NCBI GenBank assembly: GCA_964462405.1
Contig: CAYWXJ010000001.1
Coordinates: forward strand, 14,263 to 78,262
Source: an uncultured Eubacterium sp.
Lineage (GTDB): Bacteria > Bacillota > Clostridia > Lachnospirales > Lachnospiraceae
Direction of reading: 5' to 3'
DNA: 64,000 bases
Shown: positions 28,908 through 36,818 of the stretch, piece after piece
Layout of the letters: the number at the start of each line of letters is the position of its first letter
Position numbering within the stretch: position 1 is the first letter of the stretch
Notes under the pieces: model-generated
Seen by the model: only the letters and a program-made list of their open reading frames with translations
What the model was told of the DNA's origin: nothing
Database searches by the model: none
Program-made: the position numbers and the translations under genes

Positions 28908-29236
28908 GTTTTTTTTTTTTGTATGAGTCCAGTGTCCCATGCGTGCTTGATATTCTCTGACTGTGTTACCCATTCAAGCTGTGAAGCCCTAGGGTCATGC
29001 TTATTGCCTTTCTTGTGGTTTACAACCGTCTTATTTACCGGGTCAGGATTCGGCACAAACATTTTAGCAACGAGAATATGTAGCTTTATATTTATTCCGT
29101 CAAGTGTCACACGTAGGTAACCGCGTCCGTCATCAAATGGCTTTAGTATCTTGCCAGTACGGCGATTTCGGACTTGCCCCATGCGGTTTAACTCATAATT
29201 AGGGTGGTCGTCGATAACATACCATTTGATTAACAT
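28880..29236 (-). CDS. Free-standing HNH homing endonuclease (NUMOD4/HNH type)
   Basis: W..IDDHPNYELNRMGQVRN, GYLRV.L, HILVAKMFVPNP, VNHKKGNKHD, LEWVTQSENIKHA. Confidence 0.9.
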   Translation of the reverse strand: MLIKWYVIDDHPNYELNRMGQVRNRRTGKILKPFDDGRGYLRVTLDGINIKLHILVAKMFVPNPDPVNKTVVNHKKGNKHDPRASQLEWVTQSENIKHAWDTGLIQKKKTVQIGVLRL

Positions 29237-29979
29237 AATTTAGGAAAGTCTACTTCCAAAATATTTTCCGGCGTCATAGCATACAATATCGCATTTCCGC
29301 AGGACATTTTTCCTTCGCTGCATAAGTGATAGGAACTGCTCATGCAAGAAGGTCCGCACCCGGAAAAGATTGCCGGATTTTCTTTATAAAGTGCCTGCCA
29401 TATCCGAAGCATGACATATCTCGTTTCCTGTGAATTTCTCCGACAAACTCTTTGACTTATCATGTGTTTCCATTGATATGGCGTCGCGCCAATAATAAGC
29501 ACGTTGCGAAGTGCGTGCGGGGCAATATAGCCGGCATCGTCATTGTCTACTCCGGCAGTAATCAAGCTCATATACTTCTGCATAGACGCTTCACATTGCG
29601 CCAGATACCCGGCCTCTTTGTCCGTTCCCAAGATTTCATAGGGTACAACGAAACTTGCTTTGCCGGAATAATCACTATATTGCAGACTTGCCGACATAAA
29701 CTTGACTTCGTTCTGATGACGTGTAATCTGTGCCAGGAATCTTCTGGACGCACCGACAACCGCCACATTGATAGTTGCAAATTTCTGTATAGTAGGGTGG
29801 GGTAGGGCCGTAAGATTTTTTACCGTGTCCTCTGTGTATTCTTTCATATAGAGACACATTAAGTCGGCCATATTCTGAATGGTCTGGCCTCTCTGGGTCA
29901 GCCTTGCAGCACACACCATCATCTGTTCTGCTTCGGCAATAATTGACGGATTCAGTATTTTTGTTTCAATTCTGTTCAT
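29230..29979 (-). CDS. thyX: Flavin-dependent thymidylate synthase (ThyX-like, atypical motif)
   Basis: GASRRFLAQITRHQ...SASLQY, AGYIAPHA, W.HMISQRVC.RN..ETR; clustered with dUTPase and dCMP deaminase. Confidence 0.8.
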   Translation of the reverse strand: MNRIETKILNPSIIAEAEQMMVCAARLTQRGQTIQNMADLMCLYMKEYTEDTVKNLTALPHPTIQKFATINVAVVGASRRFLAQITRHQNEVKFMSASLQYSDYSGKASFVVPYEILGTDKEAGYLAQCEASMQKYMSLITAGVDNDDAGYIAPHALRNVLIIGATPYQWKHMISQRVCRRNSQETRYVMLRIWQALYKENPAIFSGCGPSCMSSSYHLCSEGKMSCGNAILYAMTPENILEVDFPKLC

Positions 29980-30304
29980 GATTTTCTTCCTCCACCATTG
30001 CCCGCAGTATCAGCAGATAGTTGATACTGTCCGTAATTTTTTCGTCCCATTTTTCAATAGGATAATTCTTGCTGTCTGTGCACATATCCGAAACGGAAAC
30101 AATATGCTTTGACAACATGCCGAGCAGCGCAATTTTCGGCGTTGCGCTCATAATTGCAGCAGCCTTTTTGAAATGCTCCAAACGGTCAGAAGCATTATTC
30201 TCCATAGACGCATTTGGTGCATATTCTATTCCTTTATCACATAAGATGGAAAGACATCTTTCAGATTGTTCTTTCACTGCCTTATTAAAACTAAACATAT
30301 CCAT
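29966..30304 (-). CDS. Alpha-helical phage protein resembling DUF1599/MazG-like nucleotide-associated domains
   Basis: K..EYA...DRLEHFK...KH...EKITDSINYLLIL pattern; lies between DNA polymerase and thyX. Confidence 0.55.
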   Translation of the reverse strand: MDMFSFNKAVKEQSERCLSILCDKGIEYAPNASMENNASDRLEHFKKAAAIMSATPKIALLGMLSKHIVSVSDMCTDSKNYPIEKWDEKITDSINYLLILRAMVEEENHEQN

Positions 30305-30309
30305 AATAG

Positions 30310-32253
30310 CTAATCCTTTCTATAATACTCGCATTCGTAAGCGTCAGCACGAAGCGGTAAGCCTGGGGCCCACTCAATCGGTTCCGACATAATAGCTCCG
30401 AGTTCTTTAGCAGAGCTTACGCCTTTTGGCACTTCGCAAATAACTTCATCATGCACATGAAACACTACCGGAAAACCGGCAGTTTCCAACCGTTCAATCG
30501 CGACTGCCAAACAGTCCCTTGCGGTCGCCTGCACAATGTTCTCTACTATCTTTGGCCCATAAGATTCTATGCGCCCCCAGGCGCCAGAACCTTGCAAAGT
30601 TCCTTCATAGGTAATGCTGTCATCTATTAACGCCGGTTTTACATAGCTCAATTCTCTGCCATTTGGAAGTACCAGCTTTAGTAATGGCCCCTTTTTGAAA
30701 AAGCCCATTCCATGTGGTAACCTCACCGGCTCTTTTGTTTGTATGGTTCGCCTTGCTGCCGCATCAGTGTCCCACCAGAATTTTGTAATAGCGGTATTTG
30801 CCGCACGCCAGCTATTTACAAGAGGTTTTAGTTCCTTTTCTTCAAGACCCATATCTAAGGCACCCATAGACTTTAGTGCTCCGACACTGCCGCCATAGCC
30901 AAGCGCAAGCTCTGCAATTTTACCTTTCTGCCTCATTGGATTTCCCTTTTTAACGCTTCCGGGTTCCAGGTGAAACATTTGCTCTGCTGACGACTCATAT
31001 ATCTTTCCATGTGTATTAAACACTTCCATGCGCCAGGCTTCATCAGCCAGCCATGCTAATACACGTGCCTCAATCGCTGAAAAATCGGCAACAATAAACC
31101 GGTGGCCCGGTTTCGGAATAAAGGCGGTCCTGATTAACTGTGAGAGTGTTCCCGCAATATCATCAAAGCACATTTCCAAAAGTTCAAAGTCACCGGTCCT
31201 TACAATCTGCCTTGCTGTGTCAAGGTCTTTATCCGGCATTTTATTCTGCGGGAGATTCTGCATTTGAACCAGCCGGCCTGCCCAGCGTCCTGTTCTCGAT
31301 GCGCCGTAAAATTGTGTCAGTCCGCGGATTCTTTCATCCGGGCAGGCAGTACGAAGCATGGCTGCATATTTCTCTGTTGAGGTTTTCGCAAGCCCTGCCC
31401 TAATATCCAGCATGGCGTTCACTTTTGCATTGTTTACTTTCTCCCGTATCTCTGGAATGCTTTTCTTGTTCAGGCTTTCTACTTCAAATCCCGTAACCTG
31501 CGTTATCCAGGCTTTTAACTGTGCCGGGCTTTTCGGATTTTCAAGCCCTGTCAGGTCCTTTGCCTCCTGCAAAAGGCGGTCCTTAATAATATGGTCGAGT
31601 TCCACGGCTTCCTCTGCAAAATGCAGGTCAACCCTGACGCCTCTGTCGTTGATATGCTGGTCATGTACCCATAACGCCTGTTCTTCCTTCGTCATAGGAA
31701 AGTGAGACAGTTTCTTTCTAATGGCACGTTCCGCCTCTACGTCCTGGCGGTTATATTCTATATACAGATTCCACCTGGCCGGGTCATGCTCCGGCAAATT
31801 TCTTGTTCTTCCGCCGTTTGCTTTCGTCGGCTTACATGGTACCGAAAAATAACGAATAAGCGCACGGCCGGTCTTTGACTTTTGCTTGTCATCAGGCAGC
31901 CCTAACACTACGCCGACTTGTTCCAGGGTACTAGGCAAGCCTAACTCCCTTGACATTACGGCGGTACAGCTCCATTGTTCCGGCGGTGTATTCCTGTTAA
32001 ACCAGGATGAAATACATGTGCGCTCAAATGCAGCGTTAAAAGCTGTTTTCAAAATACCAGGGTCATAGATTGCTTCTTTTAAGTCCTCTGGAAACTCTTC
32101 TTTTGTCAGGTCAATCACGTCAACCGGTCCATCATCAAAAGCGTAACCAAATAACAGAATCTCAAAATCTGGATGCGACGCATACGCATACACGCCGCAA
32201 TCCTGCAAAGAGATAGGGCTATAGGTTTCTATATCAATAGCAAGTGTTGTCAT
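30310..32253 (-). CDS. Phage DNA polymerase, family A
   Basis: DIET exonuclease motif, TGRWAG, DFSAIEAR, RQKGKIAELALGYG, ENIVQATARD, HVHDE. Confidence 0.96.
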   Translation of the reverse strand: MTTLAIDIETYSPISLQDCGVYAYASHPDFEILLFGYAFDDGPVDVIDLTKEEFPEDLKEAIYDPGILKTAFNAAFERTCISSWFNRNTPPEQWSCTAVMSRELGLPSTLEQVGVVLGLPDDKQKSKTGRALIRYFSVPCKPTKANGGRTRNLPEHDPARWNLYIEYNRQDVEAERAIRKKLSHFPMTKEEQALWVHDQHINDRGVRVDLHFAEEAVELDHIIKDRLLQEAKDLTGLENPKSPAQLKAWITQVTGFEVESLNKKSIPEIREKVNNAKVNAMLDIRAGLAKTSTEKYAAMLRTACPDERIRGLTQFYGASRTGRWAGRLVQMQNLPQNKMPDKDLDTARQIVRTGDFELLEMCFDDIAGTLSQLIRTAFIPKPGHRFIVADFSAIEARVLAWLADEAWRMEVFNTHGKIYESSAEQMFHLEPGSVKKGNPMRQKGKIAELALGYGGSVGALKSMGALDMGLEEKELKPLVNSWRAANTAITKFWWDTDAAARRTIQTKEPVRLPHGMGFFKKGPLLKLVLPNGRELSYVKPALIDDSITYEGTLQGSGAWGRIESYGPKIVENIVQATARDCLAVAIERLETAGFPVVFHVHDEVICEVPKGVSSAKELGAIMSEPIEWAPGLPLRADAYECEYYRKD

Positions 32254-32271
32254 TATTTCTACCTCCTACAA

Positions 32272-32315
32272 AACGCCAGGGAAAAGGCTAAAACTCTGCC
32301 AAATTCCCCGGCGTT
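32272..32315. other. Intergenic hairpin between SSB and DNA polymerase
   Basis: AACGCCAGGGAA ... TTCCCCGGCGTT imperfect inverted repeat. Confidence 0.45.
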
Positions 32316-32329
32316 GCCGGTCAAAAAAT

Positions 32330-32908
32330 TTATCCAAGAAGGTCGTCATAGCCGTCGGCTGCGCCAGCGTCCGGGTCTTCCCAATCGTCGTCCCAATCTT
32401 CATCAGTAACAATACCGCCGCTCAAAGGTTCTCCGTCATGGAGTTTCATAACGCCGTTCAGTCCGGCAGAAACGCCTTTATTGCCATTTGTGTCATACAC
32501 AAAGAAATTGATAATCGCACGGCCATAGCAGCCAGAATAAAGTTCCTGCGGGTCCGTAATCGGCGTTTTGTTTTTGTCCACCAATACCGGCTTATTTTTA
32601 GAGCTTACCGTAATAACATAGCAGCCTGCACATTCCGGTCCAAAATCGCCCCCATTCGGGCGTTCGCCGTCTCCATCATGCAAAGTTGTCTTTAATCCAC
32701 TCGGCAGCTTCTTACCAGAGTTCTTCTGAAGGTAAAGCTGTTTCGCTTCCTCAACGGCTGCCTTAATCTTATCCAGCGTAAACTTATCCCCTTTATCAAT
32801 CAAAAGGGTCACGCTATAGGTTTCCTGACCGCCTGCAACGGCAGCCCTCGGCTCAAATAAACTACAATAGCTGAATCTTACTTTTCCGGTTGTAATCTGT
32901 GTACTCAT
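32330..32908 (-). CDS. Phage ssDNA-binding protein (DUF2815)
   Basis: VRFSY..LFEP, LHDGD.ER, YSGCYGRA.INF..Y, GNKGVSAGLN, DGEPL, acidic tail. Confidence 0.92.
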   Translation of the reverse strand: MSTQITTGKVRFSYCSLFEPRAAVAGGQETYSVTLLIDKGDKFTLDKIKAAVEEAKQLYLQKNSGKKLPSGLKTTLHDGDGERPNGGDFGPECAGCYVITVSSKNKPVLVDKNKTPITDPQELYSGCYGRAIINFFVYDTNGNKGVSAGLNGVMKLHDGEPLSGGIVTDEDWDDDWEDPDAGAADGYDDLLG

Positions 32909-32923
32909 AATATATAATCTCCT

Positions 32924-33550
32924 TTATTTATAAAATTTGTGATTCCCATACTTATATAGGAACGTAAGGTTTTGACTATGCCAGTTATCATAATCGCAGC
33001 TTTCAAAATATAAGGCTCCATCTGAAATATCCGTTTCCAGTGCCTTCACATTTTCCAGTGCTTTCCAGCAGTCTTTATCAGGCTCTACCCTGTCAAACCG
33101 GCCGGCGTCGATTGGCGAGAATTGTCGTTCCTGATATATGACGTCATGCACGGTATCAGGAAATTCATCATTTGCCATACGGTTTAAGACAACCATAATA
33201 ACAAGCTCTTTCCCTTTTAGCGGTTCGCCCTCGGCTTCCGCCATAGCGATTTTCGCTAAAAGGTAGGAATCTTTCTTGCTTAAACGCACATTATAATAAG
33301 GTGTCGGTTCCTTCGTCGGTTTTGGGGCTGCCGTCTTTGTCTGAATCGCCGCGGCGGTCACCGTAGGGACTTCCGTACTCTGCACAGACGCCCCTGTGGC
33401 CTCACCAGGCAGCCCAAGTTTGGCTTTTAAGGCGTCAGCCAGTAAAATGCTTATGCCTAACACTATAATTACGAATATGGACAAAATAATAGCTTTCTGA
33501 CGCCTGCGCCGGCGTCGTCGCCGCTGTCTCCTTCGTTGGAATGAATCCAT
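32924..33550 (-). CDS. SleB/CwlJ-like cell wall hydrolase (Hydrolase_2), membrane anchored
   Basis: LLAKIAMAEAEGE, VVLNR...FPDTV.DVIYQ..QFSP, GALYF, GNHKFY; poly-Arg followed by a hydrophobic helix at the N-terminus. Confidence 0.9.
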   Translation of the reverse strand: MDSFQRRRQRRRRRRRRQKAIILSIFVIIVLGISILLADALKAKLGLPGEATGASVQSTEVPTVTAAAIQTKTAAPKPTKEPTPYYNVRLSKKDSYLLAKIAMAEAEGEPLKGKELVIMVVLNRMANDEFPDTVHDVIYQERQFSPIDAGRFDRVEPDKDCWKALENVKALETDISDGALYFESCDYDNWHSQNLTFLYKYGNHKFYK

Positions 33551-33562
33551 GCCTATGCCTCC

Positions 33563-34741
33563 TTACTCATCAAATGCCGCAAGAATCGCTTCTTCTGGTT
33601 GGAATGCCGGGCGCTTGTCTGATTCAGGCACAAGCGTAGGCTTTCCCTGTGGTTTCTCGATTAAGCCTTCCAGAATCTGGGCTACAACTTTCTTGCCAAA
33701 ATCTTTCTCCATCTGGGTCAGGGTAATCAGCTCAGGCGCCTTGAACAACACCGCTTCATCATAGCCGGCTTCCTTGAATGCCTCCAAAGCCTTTGCACTG
33801 TCAACAATCTTGCGGACGCTTCTTCCTTCCACAATTTTCCAGCCGCTTACTTCATTGCCGGAAAGTAATGCAGACTGCACCATATTTTCCAGGTCAGTTA
33901 TCCATGCCCTGATGTCAGCGGCTTTTTCAAGTACCTGCGCCGCTTCTTCAACAGTAATAAGAAGCGGGTCCTCTGCCTTGTCAAACAAGGCAAGATTCTT
34001 TTCATATCTCGCACGGCATTCTTCTTTTGCCCGGCAGAATTTACACGTCTCTTCTGACGGTGAAAATTCACCTTCTCCGGCAAAAGCCTGTTCGGCTCTT
34101 GGCTTTACTGTTTTTTCAGCCCACTCCAAAAGTTCAGCCACGCTAATTTCATCCGAACTCTGTACCCCAGAAAGTCTCGGCTGGTATATGGTCATACGGA
34201 CATTCTCAATATCATAGAGCTGCCCGTAATATTCGAGCGCCCCTAATGCGTACAGCCGCATTTGTGGATTTCCGGCAGCTTCTACACGGTGACCTTTGCC
34301 ATATTTCAAATCAACAATTTCCAGCCAGTCATCAGCAACAATAATACAGTCGCCAGTGCCGAAGCCTTCCGGTACCCATTTGGAAAAATCAACTCTGACT
34401 TCAAGCTCTGCAAATGCGTCCGGGCAATGCTCTTTTGCTTCTTTCAATTTTCCATAAATCAGTTCCGCATAATCTGTAGCGTGTTCCTGCATCTCTTCGT
34501 TGTAAAATTTCTCGCCATCTTCGGTTGCTAAGAGTTTTTTCTTTCTGGCGTTAAAAGTTCTCTTGGTAATATTGCCGAGATTATACCCGGCTGAGATTTC
34601 AGCAAGAGCGTGGGCAACCGTACCTTCTCTTGCATACTCGCTTGACTCATTTGGAAATTTTTCTTCCAGTCTTGCACTCGGCGGGCAGTTCAGCCACTTA
34701 GCTGCGCCGCTGGCAGACAATAAGGCGTGAACGTCAGGCAT
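33563..34741 (-). CDS. DUF2800 PD-(D/E)XK exonuclease
   Basis: HALLSAS...WLNCPPS, EGTVAH, GFGTGD, IVDLKYGKG, QMRLYALG, CKFC...C. Confidence 0.92.
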   Translation of the reverse strand: MPDVHALLSASGAAKWLNCPPSARLEEKFPNESSEYAREGTVAHALAEISAGYNLGNITKRTFNARKKKLLATEDGEKFYNEEMQEHATDYAELIYGKLKEAKEHCPDAFAELEVRVDFSKWVPEGFGTGDCIIVADDWLEIVDLKYGKGHRVEAAGNPQMRLYALGALEYYGQLYDIENVRMTIYQPRLSGVQSSDEISVAELLEWAEKTVKPRAEQAFAGEGEFSPSEETCKFCRAKEECRARYEKNLALFDKAEDPLLITVEEAAQVLEKAADIRAWITDLENMVQSALLSGNEVSGWKIVEGRSVRKIVDSAKALEAFKEAGYDEAVLFKAPELITLTQMEKDFGKKVVAQILEGLIEKPQGKPTLVPESDKRPAFQPEEAILAAFDE

Positions 34742-35111
34742 CTACAGCCACCAGTTCTTCCATCAGTTCGTCATAGCGGTCTTTTGGCACTTCGGAAAGT
34801 TTGGTGGCTTCAAACTTCGCGAAAATCTCTTTTAATACGTCAGACTTGCCAGCCTTTGAGATTTTCAATGCTACGGCGCGTACATCTGTTTTCGTTACGG
34901 TTTTTGCCGTTTCCTTTGCAGGTTCAGCTTCTTCCTTTTTCGCAGGTTTTGCCTCTCCTTTCTTTTCCGGCTTAGGCGCCGCCTTCGGTTTTGCTGCTAC
35001 TTTCTTTGCATCCGCATTTGCGGTTGCAAGTGCGTTTGTGTCCTCGCAAAAGATTTTCAACTTTTCGAGGTTCTCGGCCGTCAGGTCGAGTGTCAATGTA
35101 ATTTGCTGCAT
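34734..35111 (-). CDS. Hypothetical phage protein (Lys/Ala linker with helical C-terminal domain)
   Basis: GGAGG RBS; C-terminal T..DVR...K..LKEIF.KF.ATKLSEV...Y..L pattern typical upstream of DUF2800. Confidence 0.75.
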   Translation of the reverse strand: MQQITLTLDLTAENLEKLKIFCEDTNALATANADAKKVAAKPKAAPKPEKKGEAKPAKKEEAEPAKETAKTVTKTDVRAVALKISKAGKSDVLKEIFAKFEATKLSEVPKDRYDELMEELVAVDA

Positions 35112-35265
35112 ATTCTTTTCCCTCCTTAGAATTTTCCCAGGCCTTAAAAGCCTGCATGTTTGCTGGGTTCTTGTAATACTCCTTTGCAGCTTCCAGCAGA
35201 TTAGTTAACGTGCGTCGTTCAATTTCAGCATAAAGCGTAGCTTGCTCTTGTTTCATAGCATGCAC
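34972..35265 (-). CDS. Small hypothetical phage protein
   Basis: Follows cro-like gene; YYKNPANMQAFKAW motif; C-terminal half overlaps next gene. Confidence 0.55.
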   Translation of the reverse strand: MHAMKQEQATLYAEIERRTLTNLLEAAKEYYKNPANMQAFKAWENSKEGKEYAANYIDTRPDGREPRKVENLLRGHKRTCNRKCGCKESSSKTEGGA

Positions 35266-35269
35266 CTTT

Positions 35270-35286
35270 GTATCTTAATTCGATAC
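35270..35286. promoter_or_regulatory. Operator-like palindrome GTATC-N7-GATAC
   Basis: Perfect 5-7-5 palindrome at the end of the cro-like gene; related site at 35543. Confidence 0.5.
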
Positions 35287-35499
35287 TTTCTTTGCAAAAA
35301 AAATTTTCATTGCTTCGTCATTGGAAAGGTTATACCGTGAAATAATAAATGTCATTTCCGTCTGCGTAAACTCGGCGCCTTCGCGCTCATTGATTTTCGC
35401 ATTAAACCTTGATAAACTCAAGCCCATCGCCTCTGCCAAGTTCTTTTGCGTATCATGGTTTTTTACCATTACGCTTGATAGAAGTGTCTTATCCATCAT
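35275..35499 (-). CDS. Cro-like HTH transcriptional regulator
   Basis: TQKNLAEAMGLS...NAKIN...EFT..E...IFF; AAGGAGG RBS before ATG 35499; divergent from the repressor. Confidence 0.88.
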   Translation of the reverse strand: MMDKTLLSSVMVKNHDTQKNLAEAMGLSLSRFNAKINEREGAEFTQTEMTFIISRYNLSNDEAMKIFFAKKVSN

Positions 35500-35542
35500 T
35501 GGGCCTCCTTCTGTGTCCACATATAGCCTGCGCAGGTCTAAA

Positions 35543-35589
35543 GTAGCGGCTCACGATACTAATATAACGCAATCAGATTCATTTGTAAA
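35543..35589 (-). promoter_or_regulatory. Lytic sigma-A promoter (TTTACA-17-TATATT) with operator GTAGC-N7-GATAC over +1
   Basis: -35 at 35589-35584, -10 at 35566-35561, operator at 35543-35559. Confidence 0.6.
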
Positions 35590-35668
35590 TAGTTTTTTTC
35601 ATATTTTTGTTTATTTTTTTCACAAAATGCGATATAATTAAGAAAATCAAAGAAAAGGAGGCGGTTGC

Positions 35669-36064
35669 ATGACTGATGATACAGGTAAAAGAATCAAGGC
35701 CAGACGGAAAGAATTAGACATGACACAGGAAGAGCTAGGCAAATTGGCCGGAGTTACAAAGGCTACTATAAATAAGTATGAGACCGGTATTGTAACAAAC
35801 CTGAAACGCTCTACAATAGAAGAAATAGCCAAAGCCCTTCATGTATCACCAAGCTATATCATGGGCTGGACCGATAATACAGCGGAAGTGCATACCAATA
35901 ATGGCGTTATCGGGCAGAACTCCGGGACCGTCACAGTCAATAATGCAGAACGCACCCTCTCCAAAGAAGAATTAGAGCTATTACGTATCTATAATAAAAT
36001 AGACGTGAGAGGCCGTATAAGGCTCATAGAGGCCGCTTTAGAGCTCGAGGAGGAAAAATATTAG
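35669..36064 (+). CDS. CI-like XRE-family repressor (no peptidase domain)
   Basis: GKRIKARRKELDMTQEELG..GVTKATINKYETG, IAKALHVSPSYIMGW; AAAGGAGG RBS; TATAAT at 35633. Confidence 0.92.
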   Translation: MTDDTGKRIKARRKELDMTQEELGKLAGVTKATINKYETGIVTNLKRSTIEEIAKALHVSPSYIMGWTDNTAEVHTNNGVIGQNSGTVTVNNAERTLSKEELELLRIYNKIDVRGRIRLIEAALELEEEKY

Positions 36065-36818
36065 GGGGGGGGGTAAACGCTGGCGCAGGGCTGATATAAT
36101 CGTCGCATACGCGCTTTACTGTGTTACCCCCTTAAACAAAATCAACCCAAGCAACAAAGTCATCCGCCAGGTGGCGGAAATTTTAGAGCTGTCAATCGGC
36201 TCTCTTGTATTACGCATGAGAAATTTCCAATTCCTTGACCCCAGGGTAACGGGCGAAGGGAAAAAGGGCATGAGTCACGTGGCGAAAATGGATAAAGAGA
36301 TTTTTGCGGAGTTCCAAAACGACTGGGGCGAACTGGCAACTATGGCAGAGGAAATTGTCGGTCTCGCCTTATTTGACGGAACACCGGAACAAGGCGCAAA
36401 GCCTCTTTCTTCCCTTACCGACAGAAACAAAGTCAGCAGGGAACGCCACTTTTTCAGGGCCAGCGTGCTCACGTCCTATGAACAAAAATGCTGCATAACC
36501 GGCTTGACGTTGCCGACATTATTACGTGCAAGCCATATCAAGCCGTTTAACGAGTGCCGGAGTTCTTCGGAACGGACGGACCCGCACAACGGGCTATTGC
36601 TAAACGTGCTGCATGATTGGGCTTTTGACCAGGGCCTTATCACTGTTACGAAAGATTACAGAATATGGGTTTCCCAAACAGTAAAAGACTATGCTAATGA
36701 TGCTTTTACCATAGCAAGCCTTGTAAATTTAGAAGGGACAAAAATAGTCCTTCCACGAGATTTTGTTCCGGCACCTGACTGCCTGGAATACCACAATGAC
36801 AATATATTCAAGGGGTGA
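36060..36818 (+). CDS. HNH endonuclease (restriction-type, HNH_2-like); N-terminus extends upstream of the ORF-track start 36171
   Basis: FRASVL..Y..KCCITG, ASHIKP, NGLLL..LHD.AFDQGLI, LEYH; upstream in-frame KRWRRADIIVAYALYC matches the usual N-terminus of this family; ATT at 36060 lies 6 nt after GAGGAGG. Confidence 0.82.
   Translation: MRGGGKRWRRADIIVAYALYCVTPLNKINPSNKVIRQVAEILELSIGSLVLRMRNFQFLDPRVTGEGKKGMSHVAKMDKEIFAEFQNDWGELATMAEEIVGLALFDGTPEQGAKPLSSLTDRNKVSRERHFFRASVLTSYEQKCCITGLTLPTLLRASHIKPFNECRSSSERTDPHNGLLLNVLHDWAFDQGLITVTKDYRIWVSQTVKDYANDAFTIASLVNLEGTKIVLPRDFVPAPDCLEYHNDNIFKG
36064..36073 (+). repeat. G10 homopolymer at the repressor stop / HNH start
   Basis: TTAGGGGGGGGGGTAAA. 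Confidence 0.9.

Noticed and set aside
28909-28920. T12 (A12 on the coding strand) as a third phase-variable switch
   Set aside because: It lies after the complete HNH domain, so slippage would change only the last few residues
33563-34741. Cas4-like nuclease suggesting a CRISPR system
   Set aside because: Standard phage DUF2800 exonuclease in a DUF2800-DUF2815-PolA module; no array or other cas genes in the window
202-35208. Numerous + strand ORFs overlapping phage genes (e.g. 202-804, 6820-7518, 14876-15328)
   Set aside because: Antisense shadows of well-supported - strand genes
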